DNA from: Callorhinchus milii
Taxonomy: Eukaryota
DNA: 64,000 nucleotides
Direction: 5' to 3'
NCBI RefSeq assembly: GCF_018977255.1
Contig: NW_024704742.1
Location: forward strand, 128,714,001-128,778,000
In this document: positions 1 through 9,581 of the stretch, one piece after another
Position numbering within the stretch: the stretch's first letter is position 1
How the letters are laid out: every line of letters starts with the position of its first letter
The notes under the pieces: generated by a model
What the model saw: the letters and a program-made list of their open reading frames with translations, nothing else
What the model was told of the DNA's origin: nothing
Database searches by the model: none
Made by a program: the position numbers and the translations under genes

Positions 1-571
1 ATTAAAAAGACATTTACGTTGGGTGCCATGGTTCTTCTACCCTCATAAGATGCACAGATACTCACACACATTGGATAAAATGAGTCACTCTGATGCATTG
101 TTCAAAAGAGCTGATGGATCGATACTCTGTATGTCTAAGAGTCTTCAACTTTGGGCACTAAAAGTGGAATCTTTATTCCAAGCACTGACAATCTTTATCT
201 GGAGTAGCAAAGAAATTAGCTCTCAAATAAACACAATACTAAATTTCAGGGTGAAAGGATGATCCCACATCTTGCAGACACCACATTGTACACAAAACTA
301 ATGGAAGTTAGCTAGTTCCAATAGTACAGGAAAACAGACACACATATTCACACACACGAAAAAACATTTATGGCAAGACAGTTTTAAGTAAATTTGTTTC
401 CAGATAAATGCCGCATGATCAGCACAACAAGAAACAATAATACTAATACGGTTGTCGATACTTCAGACTATCCCTACTGAATCATTTCATCTGTTTCAAA
501 GTAAAATTTTTCACATTACATTAAAGGGAGTTGCCTAGATTATGTGACGCTCCATGACTAAATTCAATAAA

Positions 572-1640
572 CTAGTGGTAGGGATAGACGGGTCCTTTTC
601 AGATTGGCGGGATGTGACTAGTGGAATGCCACAAGAATCAGTCCTTGGGCCTCAGCTATTTACCATCTACATCAACGATCTAGATGAGGACATCGAAGTT
701 AATATATCTAAATTCGTGGATGACACAAAACTAGGAGGAAGTGTCAAGACAGAGGACGACATTAAAAAAATGCAGCGCGACATAGATAGGTTAGGTGATT
801 GGGCAGGTAGGTGGCAGATGAAGAATAATGTAGGGAAGTGCAAAGTCATCCACCTAGGTAGCAAAAACAGTAGAGCGGGTTATTTTTTAGAAGAGGAGAG
901 ATTAGAATGTGTTAATGTCCAGAGGGACTTGGGTGTCCTTGTACACCAATCACAGAAAGTTAGTCTGCAGGTGCAGCAGCAATTAGGAAGGCGAACGGTA
1001 TGTTAGCATTCATTATGAAAGGATTAGAGTATAAGAGTAGGGAAGTCTTGCTGCAACTGTATAGGGCCCTGGTGAGACCACACCTGGAATACTGTGTGCA
1101 GTTTTGGTCTCCTTATTTAAGGAAGGATGTACTTGCCTTGGAAGGCTACAGCGTAGATTTACTAGGTTAGTACCAGGGATGAAGGGGATGAGTTACGAGG
1201 ATAGGCTGACCAATTTGGGCCTATATTCTGTAGAATATAGAAGAATTAGAGGGGATCTTATAGAAACCTATAAGATCATCAAAGGGCATGATAGAGTAGA
1301 TAGTGGGAGATTGTTTCCCCTGGTTGGAGAAACTAAAACCAGGGGTCACAACCTTAAAATCAGAGGCCAGCCCTTTCGCACTGAGTTGAGGAAGAACTTC
1401 TTCACTCAAAGGGTGGTGAAAGTATGGAACTCACTACCCCAAAGGGCTATTGACGCTCAGTCCTTGAACATATTCAAGACTGAGATAGATAGATTTCTTA
1501 TTGCAAAAGGGATTAAGGGATATGGGGATAAGGCAGGGTCAGGTTATTAGCTGGAGTTGGATTAGAAGATCAGCCATGATTGAATGGTGGGGCAGGCTCG
1601 AAGGGCCGAATGGCCTACTCCTGCTCCTACATGTTATGTC
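572..1640 (+). mobile_element. CR1-clade LINE, 5'-truncated ORF2 RT/C-terminus plus 3' UTR, in PIK3C3 intron 2 (antisense to the gene)
   Basis: Degenerate RT motifs (VTSGMPQESVLGPQLFTIYINDL, SKFVDDTKLGG), CR1 C-terminus (RGDLIETYKI, TRGHNLK, FFTQRVVKVWNSLP), frameshifted, with the typical GGGCCGAATGGCCT 3' end. Confidence 0.95.
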
Positions 1641-1699
1641 AAACTTGAATCCCTTTTAGTCAAAGAAACTAGTTATTCAGAAACAAAATGCCAAAAAAC

Positions 1700-1757
1700 T
1701 ACAACGCTGGAAATCTGAAACAAAAAACAAAAGTCGTTGGGAACACTCAGCATGTGT
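1700..1757. mobile_element. Possible Penelope-like terminal repeat remnant
   Basis: GCTGGAAATCTGAAACAAAAAACAAAAGTCGTTGGGAACACTCAGCA resembles, from memory, a repeat end common in shark genomes. Short and unverified. Confidence 0.35.
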
Positions 1758-1835
1758 AAAACCTGTTCCTAAAGAGACCACATTCAAAAAAGCACTATAT
1801 CAAATGCAAGGATTATTATTATTATAGGTACTTAC

Positions 1836-2024
1836 TTCCATCTTGTACTGAATGCTTTGTAAGAAGTCCGAACTGGAAGAGCTAAGGGTTTCCCTTCCGC
1901 AAAGACCTGGCAAGTTACGTAAAGATCAGAGCATGTTTCCTGATACAGGCCAGAAAATTTAAGCAATGGATCCTCTAGAAGAGCTTTGTAGCTTTTCTGC
2001 TCTCGTTTTCCTTCCAAGCTTCCT
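1836..2024 (-). CDS. PIK3C3: PIK3C3/Vps34 coding exon 2 (C2 domain start: [62 protein letters not shown])
   Basis: Near-identical to vertebrate Vps34. Acceptor ctacag|A at 2025/2024 and donor AA|gtaagt at 1836/1835. The exon is 189 bp and phase-compatible with exon 1 (AT+A = Ile). Confidence 0.98.
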
Positions 2025-2159
2025 CTGTAGAGATGAAGAAGACAATTTGATTGCAGAGAAAATAACTATCTGCATTCATTACCCTGAATCAACAAATATA
2101 AAGAAAAACATCCAGTGGAACATCTATATTCTTATAACTCTCATCCTAGTGAAAAGAAC

Positions 2160-2440
2160 GTTAGAACATAAGAAATGCTGGACAAAAAAAAGACCAGGGT
2201 CCATCTAGTTCGTCTTCCACTTACCTGGCGGTCGTATGCACATATGTCCCGAACTACCTATGTACTATATCCCATGTTATTTCCTAAAAGAAAATTATCT
2301 AATCTGTGTTTGAAGGAATCAACACCTCCTGCTTCAACCGTCTCCCTAGAGAGCCTATTCTACAGGTTTACTACACTCTACACTCATTGAAATAGCGTTT
2401 CTGTAGATTTGTTCCAAATTTATCCCCTTTCAATCATATA
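2160..2440 (-). mobile_element. CR1 3' fragment
   Basis: Reverse complement carries CR1 C-terminus-like sequence (LKGDKFGTNLQK, NRLSRETVEAGG) and a TTCTTATGTTCT-type tail. Confidence 0.75.
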
Positions 2441-3029
2441 GTCAAAGACTTTTTGAAGTTCAATTTTTGAGCCCTTTAGATTTAAATTTTATATTAAATT
2501 TTAGATGTCATTAGCTAAGCCAATATTATGGCCTCAAACAATTTTTAACTGCGTATATTCAATTCGTATTTCAGTTAGCTTTGTGCACACCGAAAGAAAA
2601 AANTCACTAGTTAAAAAGGAAAATAAATGTACACAATAACCACTTGGCAAATTCCATAAGGGGTGACGTGAAGTACTGGAAAACAGTACATTCAGAAGTA
2701 AACAAGCACAGGTAAGAAAGAAACTACAAAGGCTTAAGAAACAGCAAAAAACAATTAACCAAAATAATTCACGGTATTAGTTTTAGAAATAAATGCAAAG
2801 GAGCCTGGTTAGAAATTGGATAGATGGGGCACAAATCCTGCCTTTAGTGGTTAAGATTTGAGCAATAGCATCTTTTTCAAATCTCACTTTTATACATACA
2901 GTCTCAATGTACAATTGTTTATACAACAATTGCAAGACGAATAGAGGACAAGTTCCGCAGTCAAGATAGGATATTTGAAAACTGCAGCTGCGACATTAGG
3001 AAGTACAAATGAGTGCATAACTCGGATTA

Positions 3030-3180
3030 TTAGCTGTGCGCAATTAGCTGCCGCGTTTCGCCTACAAAATACAGTCAATCCGCTTTACCGTATATCCTAT
3101 GAAGTGCTTTGAGACGTTTCAAAGACGTAACAAGATGCTCTATCAAATGCAATGATTATTATATTACTATATTACTATTA
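3030..3180 (+). mobile_element. SINE 3' half (Deu domain plus tail)
   Basis: GCTGTGCGCAATTAGCTGCCGCGTTT...TATCAAATGCAATGATTATT. Confidence 0.85.
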
Positions 3181-4392
3181 AATCAGATTCATCAAATTAG
3201 ATACATGACCAAAAATGCAAGGGTCATCATGAGGCGCACACAGAACTCAGTGTAAGGTAATACCAAACAATAGCCTCCTTACAATCCTCCCTGGGAAGGT
3301 GTGTGTGTGGTGGTGGGGGGGGAGGGGGGCCAGGGGCAGTCATGGCTTTACTCTTAAAAAAAATGGTGAACTTCACCTACAAAATAGTCACTACACTTTA
3401 AAATAAATCTCACAAAGCTCTTTGAAACACCTACTCACGTGAAAGGCACTTTGTCAAATGTATAGATTATTAACTTTATCCCAAACCCAGAGGAGATTAC
3501 TCATGGGGAGGGGGGGGGGAGAGGAGATGGGGGGTGAAGAGAGCGAAACGGGTGGTTGGAGATTTATTTCCCTGCCAAATTCTCTATACATGCAGAGCTA
3601 ATGATTCTCTGGTAATTTCTGAGAGGTGGGGGTGAAGAAAACAAGATGTAAGGTCAGATGATCATACATCCCCAATTTCCAGTGATGATCCCTGGATGAG
3701 GTATTATGTTCTCTACCAAATTTGCTGTCTCGAGCTGAGCAATAAACGAGCAAGAAAGATAAAATTCTAACAGATACCCTCATCAGAAAAATACAGCCAT
3801 TATTAATCTAACAAGTTTCTCCAGTGTTGTCAGCATTAGGAAACGTGGTGAGTTTTTTAAAAAAATATACATGTCCCCAGATTTGATTTACAAAACATGG
3901 TCAGGAATCTGAGGGGTAGTGTGGAAGTGGATAGGGGAAGAGACTCCCAGCGGTGGTGACACCAGGAGGAACAAGCAGTTGATATCTAGAAGATTATACA
4001 TAGACTTACCCCGCCATGCAAACACACATAACTCACACACACATCACACCACCATCAGTTTATTACAGTTCGTTACAATAATATTTATTACCAGAGGAGG
4101 GTTAATGACTCTTCTGGATTATTCAAGGGGGAGAGAAAGAAAGAGAAGACTCTTTCATCCACAGAGTACAGTCAGTCAATCCACTTTACAGTATCTCAGT
4201 GCCATGCAAGGATCCGAGCTACAAAAATTCCCAAAAGTCTACTCTCACCTTGAATGGCCACTCTACTTAAGAGTAATATTATTATACTATTACTATACAA
4301 GTAATATTATTATTACTACTCTTCAGGAGAGTGAACATACATCCCCGATTAAGGTTCCCTGGGCAAATAAGCACTCCGAGACGCTACTCCGT

Positions 4393-4717
4393 GTGGAGTC
4401 CTGTAGCTCAGTGGTTAGAGCACTCGCTATTCAAGCGAGAGACCTGAGTTCAATTCCAGGCAGAGGGCGAAACCTTGGGCAAGTTTCCTTACTCCACACA
4501 GAGCCTAATAATAATCCCTCCAAAACAAAAAACAATAATAAATTGGTCATTTTCAATCTACGACTGTTTGTGGGACATTGCTGTGCGCAATTGGTTACCG
4601 CGTTCGCCCACAAATATACAGTCAATTCACTTTACAGTGTGTTCTGTGAAGCGCTTTGGGACGTCCTCCCGACGAGAAAAGCGCTATATCAAATGTAAGG
4701 ATTATTATTATTATTAT
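4393..4717 (+). mobile_element. Young tRNA-derived SINE, full length, in PIK3C3 intron 1, followed by a second older SINE tail to ~4836
   Basis: A box (TAGCTCAGTGG), B box (GAGTTCAATTCC), Deu-type body, L2-like tail and (ATT)n. Near-identical to the copies at 20164, 24213, 31962 and 54841. Confidence 0.95.
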
Positions 4718-4954
4718 AAGAGCACTATAAAATATACAGTCAATTCGCTTTACAGTATATTCCGTGAAGCACTTTGAGACGCCTGAAAGACGTGATTAGG
4801 CGTGATATCAAATGCAAGAATTATTAATATTATTATTAAGCTGTTGCGGTAGTAGTAGCAGAAGAGGGAGGGAGAGAAGTATGGTAGGAGGAGGGGAAGA
4901 GTTGAGTGAGAGAGGGAGGGAGGGAGGAGAATGGTGAGAGAAAGAGAGACTCAC

Positions 4955-5022
4955 ATCTTGAGCTGGACGTTGATGTCCAGGTCACAGCTGTAAACATAAC
5001 AGAATCTCTCGGTGTCACCCAT
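4955..5022 (-). CDS. PIK3C3: PIK3C3/Vps34 coding exon 1 ([23 protein letters not shown])
   Basis: Minus strand reads ATG GGT GAC ACC GAG AGA TTC TGT TAT GTT TAC AGC TGT GAC CTG GAC ATC AAC GTC CAG CTC AAG AT|gtgag. This matches the vertebrate Vps34 N-terminus (human [23 protein letters not shown]). There is an in-frame TGA at 5034-5032 just upstream, a canonical donor, and the exon is 68 bp in phase 2. Confidence 0.97.
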
Positions 5023-5040
5023 CACAGACTCTCAACCCAG

Positions 5041-5500
5041 AGAGACACAGACAGACACACAGGGAGACACACACACACACACACAGGGAGACACAGATAG
5101 ACAGACACACACACAGGGAGACACAGACAGACACACACAGGGAGACACAGACACACACACACACACAGGGAGACACAGACAGACAGACACACACAGGGAG
5201 ACACAGACAGACACACACACAGGGAGACACAGACAGACACACACACACACACAGGGAGACACAGATAGACACACACACACAGGGAGACACAGACACACAC
5301 ACAGGGAGACACAGACAGACACACACAGGGAGACACTGATAGACAGACACACACAGGGAGACACAGATAGACAGACACACACAGGGAGACACTGATAGAC
5401 ACACACACACAGGGAGACACAGACACACACACACACACAGGGAGACACACACACACAGGGAGACACAGACACACACCGGGAGACACACACACAGAGAGAG
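5041..5500. repeat. Compound minisatellite, ~17 units of CAGGGAGACACAGAC(AG)(AC)n
   Basis: Directly visible tandem units anchored by GGGAGA with variable (AC)n spacers. It explains the low-complexity C/V/S and T/H/D ORFs in the track. Confidence 0.97.
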
Positions 5501-6620
5501 AGAGGGGCCCCGGGAGTGTGAGGAGAGGCTGTGTCGGGCCGCTGTGTGTCCTCGGGCTCTCAGGGCGGTGGCGGGCGGCTGAGCTGTTGTTGTTGTTGCC
5601 GCTGTCAGGCCGCCATGATGACCGGCCGCCGGCGGTTTATATCCGGGTCGCGGCGCCCGCCCCTGACTCGGGGGTTTTGGTCAGAAATGAAAATAAAAGC
5701 CCACCCAAAGTCCACCAAACATCACCCAAAAAACACAGCCAGCCCGGTATTTACCCACCCCTCGGCCCCTAATGGCACTGAGAGGCAGGGCGGGCGGACG
5801 GGCGGGCGGACGGGCCGAGCGTCGGGATTTTCATTTGTTTCCCAGTGAATCGTAAAACGTTTTGCGCGTTTCAGTTCGTGGATATAAATATCTCTCTGAA
5901 AAAAAATCTGATCTGTTTTGAGGAAATGGTTCAATGAGAGCCGCTCCCCCCCTCCCGCCCAAAGCCGCTACTTTTCCCCCCACCCACACACGCGCAGGAA
6001 ACAAACCCGCCCAATCGGGGGCGTGAAACCCGCCCAATCGGGGGCGTGAAACCCGCCCAATCGGGGGCGTGAAACCCGCCCAATCGGGTCACATTGGGCG
6101 GCACCGAGGTCACGCCCCCCCCCCCCACTCTCTGTCTGGAGCTGGTTGCCTGGCAACTGCTCACCCCCCCCCCCCCCCCCCAAGGGGCAGGGGAGAAGGG
6201 GGGAGCAGTTGCCAGGCAACTAGCTCCAGACGGAGAGTGGGGGGGGGGGGGGGGCGTGACCTCGGTGCCGCCCAATGTGCCCCGATCGGGCGGGTTTCAC
6301 GCCCCCGATCGGGCGGGTTTCACGCCCCCCGATCGGGCGGGTTTCACGCCCCCGATCGGGCGGGTTTCACGCCCCCCGATCGGGCGGGTTTCACGCCCCC
6401 CGATCGGGCGGGTTTCACGCCCCCCGATCGGGCGGGTTTCACGCCCCCCGATCGGGCGGGTTTCACGCCCCCCCGATCGGGCGGGTTTCACGCCCCCCGA
6501 TCGGGCGGGTTTGCTCCGAAGGGTCACCGAGATCTGAGTCCAGGCTGACGCTCCAGGGCGTGTTCCCAGGGGCGGGGAGCTCCGTATCGTCGGGGGGAGC
6601 TTCGGATGAGATGTTAAACT
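5480..6620. promoter_or_regulatory. CpG island / PIK3C3 promoter
   Basis: Very GC- and CpG-rich island in an otherwise CpG-depleted window, immediately upstream of the PIK3C3 ATG. Minus-strand TATAAA at 5641-5636, YY1/TISU-like CATCATGGCGGC at 5620-5609, and many GGGCGG boxes. Confidence 0.85.
6002..6513. repeat. Foldback-like inverted repeat with tandemly repeated outer arms
   Basis: Left arm has ~4 units of 23 bp (AAACCCGCCCAATCGGGGGCGTG). Right arm has 10 reverse-complement units of 23-25 bp. Inner arms 6090-6162 and 6203-6279 are reverse complements with 2 substitutions plus a C12/G16 length difference, around a 40-nt spacer. Confidence 0.95.
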
Positions 6621-6835
6621 GAGGTCCCGTCTGTCCCCCTTCGGGTGAACATTCCCATGGCGCTGCTTGAAGAGACGAGGGAGCTTCATCCGGCGTCCTG
6701 ACCAACAATACCTCACAGATAACATTGGTCATTCGCCTCCTCGCTGTTTTGCTATCCACAAATTGACCGCTGTGTCTGCCTACAGACGTTGCAATTGACA
6801 GCAATGACATCTGAAGCATTTTGTGGCGTTTCACA
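6535..6835 (+). mobile_element. Old DeuSINE (SacSINE1/AmnSINE1-like body), headless
   Basis: CCAGGCTGAC...TTCGGATGAGATGTTAAACTGAGGTCCCGTCTG...CCCATGGC...TTGGTCATT; colinear with the copy at 28983. Confidence 0.8.
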
Positions 6836-6923
6836 TTCCAATAATAAATAATCCTTGCATTTAATATAGAAGCTTTCATGTAGGCAGGATGTCTCAAAGT
6901 GCTTCGCAGGACTCGACTGTAAG

Positions 6924-7972
6924 CAACAACTAATTACATTTGTATAGCGCCTTTCAGGTTGGGTTAGAGGACATCTCAAGGCTCAGGACAGTCAGGGATT
7001 TTGGACCCAAGTATGGGGTTGGGATCGGGAGGGTGGGAGGTGATCGAAGGCACGTTCAAACAGGAGGGTCTTGAGACGTGCCTTGAAGAATGCAAGGGAG
7101 GAAGCAAGGTAAAGGGACTGAAGGATGGCGTTCCAAAGGGTGGGAGCAGAGAGGCTGAAGGCCCCGACCACCAATGGTGGGGCGGGCAGGGTGGAGAACA
7201 TGGAGCAGGCCAATGATTGCTGAACAGAGGGAACAGACAGGTTGATAAGGCGTTAGGTCACAGAGGTAGAAAGGAGCAAGGCCGTGGAGGGCTTTGAAGG
7301 CAAGGATGAGGATTTTGAACTCCATTCTCTGGGGCATGGGGAGCCAGTGGAGCTGGGTAAGGGTGGAAGTGATAGGGTCATGGAGCCTGGTGCAGAAGTG
7401 GACACAAACTGCAGAGTTCTGGATGATCTGTAGCTTGTGGAAGGAAGAGATGGGAAGGTCGACAAACAGGGAGTTGGCGTAGTTGAGCCTAGATCTGATG
7501 AATGCGTGGATGAGGGTTTGGGCGGCCTGAGGGGAGAGTCAGTGGCGGAGACCGGCGATGTTGCGGAGGTAGGATAAGGCAGAGCGGGTCATGGCATGGA
7601 TGTAGGGTAGAAAGTACAGTTGAGGGTCAAACAAGATGATTAGGTCCCAGACTGGCTTCGTGATGTGGAGTGTGCATCCATGGATGGAGTTGCTGCCAGT
7701 GCCTGAGGTGCAGAAGCGCTGACGGGAGCCAATCAGCAGAGCCTTGGTCTTGTTGACATTCAACTGGAGAAGGTTAGCTCCCGTCCAGGACTTGATGTCA
7801 GGACAGTAGTGGTCCTGAAATCAAGGGTGGAGGCAAAGAGATAGAGTTGGATGTCATCCGTTTACATGTGGAAGTTGACCCCATGTCTGCAGATGATGTC
7901 ACCGGGAGGGAGCATATAGATATTTAAGAGGAAAGGACCAAGGACTGAGCCCTGAGGAACGCCACACAAGAC
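6924..7972 (-). mobile_element. L2-clade LINE fragment ([12 protein letters not shown] to 3' tail)
   Basis: Minus-strand [43 protein letters not shown] and FKILILAFKALHGLAP, ending in a (TTG)n tail. Confidence 0.93.
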
Positions 7973-7976
7973 GTTG

Positions 7977-8866
7977 CAACAACAACAACAACTTGGATTT
8001 ATATAGCGCCCTCCACGCCAAACAATCACAGAGTGCTTTACAGTAACGGATCCCAGGTCCAAGCCAGGGGGAGGGGGGTGAAGGTGACCAAAGGCTCGGT
8101 CGAAAAGAAAGGTCTTCAGCAGAGACCTGAAAAGGGGAAGGAAGGGAGCGAGATGAAGGGAGTGAGGAAGGTAGTTCCAGACCCTCGGGGCATAGTGGCT
8201 GAAGGCACGGGCACCAAAGGTGGAGCGGAAGACTCGGGGGACGAGGAGGAGACCAGACCCGGAGGAACAAAGGCAACGGGTACTGTTTTGAGGAGAGAGG
8301 AGGTCAGAGAGGTAGGGGGGTGCAGAGGAGTGCAGGGACTTGAATACAAGGGTGAGGATCTTGAAATCGATCCTCTGGGATAGGCAGCCAGTGCAGTCTG
8401 GTAAGGACTGGGGTAATCGGGGAACGGAGTTTCATGCGGGTGAGAATGCGGGCGGCAGAGTTTTGAATGATTTGGATTTTATGGATGGTAGAGGATGGGA
8501 GACTTGCGAGGAGGGCGTTAGAGTAGTCCAGCCGAGAGATGACAAAGGCATGGACCAGGGTTTCAGCGGCTTTTAGGGAGAGGTATTGGCGGAGACGGGT
8601 GATGGGTTGGATGTGGAAAAAAGCAGTGCTGGTGAGGGACCGGATGTGGGGGAGGAAGGATAATTGAGGGACGAACCTGATGCCTAGGTTGCAGAGGATG
8701 GAAGAGAAGCCGTTCATGGAGACAAAGTGGAGATGGTGTAAAAGGTAGGATTTGAACCAATCGAGGACAGGACCTGAAGTTTGTGGAGAGGAGAGGTGGT
8801 GGAGGAGGAAGAATGGTGGACAGTGTCAAAGTCAGCAAAGAGGTCAAGAAGGACAGAGAGGTCAAG
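7977..8866 (-). mobile_element. L2 LINE of a second 3'-end family, internally deleted
   Basis: LDL..FDTV(D)H motif, then NLGIRF..LSFLPHI...AETLVHAFVISRLDYSNALL...LHWLPI, with a (TTG)n tail at 7977. Confidence 0.9.
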
Positions 8867-9581
8867 TGTTCCTATTGTATTTTTGTAGGCAATGCAGCAG
8901 TTAATTTGTACACAGCAGTGTCCCACAAAACATCAAGACGTGATTGACCAATTTTATTTTGGGTGATTGTTGTCCCAAACACTGGGAAACAATTAGGCGC
9001 ATGCAGTCATAGGATAGGGCGGGAGGCCTGTATGATGCTAGACGCCATCTTATAGGACAGGTTATCCGATCAATTTTACATTGTAAGTACTTACAAGAAT
9101 TTCTAGAATCGGACTAGTAATGTGTGAATTAAAGCAGAGCCACTTATTAACATTTTGCACGGGAGGGGGCCAGGCTATTGACAGCATGACAACTTAAGCG
9201 ATATTGACAAGTTAAGCCAGGGATGAGTTATCTGGAGTTTATTGTGTGAAATAATGCTAAATAAGATAAATAGATTGCTGAGCAACATGAGTTGAATTCA
9301 GATTCCCCAGAAGTCATGTTGAAACTTTAAACTACTCTTGCCCGGCCTCACCTGAAGCCCTACGTACAATTCTGGTCACTATGACATATATGCACAAATT
9401 GGCTGTATGCTTGCCTCCAAATAGTCATTACATTTTGCGGTAGATCCTGCAAAGCCCTTAGAGACATCTCAATGATGTAATAAGGTCCTATATGAAATAC
9501 AAGAAATATTCTTAGGGGGAAGGGGGTAGGTAGGGGGTTACCCACGCTCAAGAGGCAGTGCAGAGCAGATCCTGGTTGATG

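Noticed and set aside
1700..1760. Penelope-associated hammerhead
   Set aside because: The remnant stops before any CTGATGA/GAAAC core.
2603..2603. Single ambiguous base (n)
   Set aside because: An assembly ambiguity at the end of an A-run, with no biological meaning.
4393..4470. Functional tRNA genes at the SINE heads
   Set aside because: Each continues into a SINE body and L2-like tail, lacks a pol III T-run terminator after the acceptor stem, and varies in anticodon (TTC in this copy, TGC in most).
3919..4698. 259-aa ORF and the recurring ESCSSVVRALAL / GKFPYST ORFs
   Set aside because: Read-through of intron and SINE sequence; recurrence reflects SINE copies, not a gene family.
5012..5492. 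Cys/Val-rich or Thr/His-rich ORFs, or an N-terminal extension of PIK3C3
   Set aside because: These are translations of the minisatellite with no ATG. The frame matching PIK3C3 is closed by TGA at 5034-5032.
6003..6513. CRISPR-like array of 23-25-bp repeats
   Set aside because: Units are directly adjacent with no unique spacers, there are no cas genes, and the context is vertebrate.
5968..6897. Pro/Gly/Arg-rich ORFs over the CpG island as a divergent gene
   Set aside because: They are products of GC-rich tandem repeats in several frames, with no recognisable domain or splice structure.
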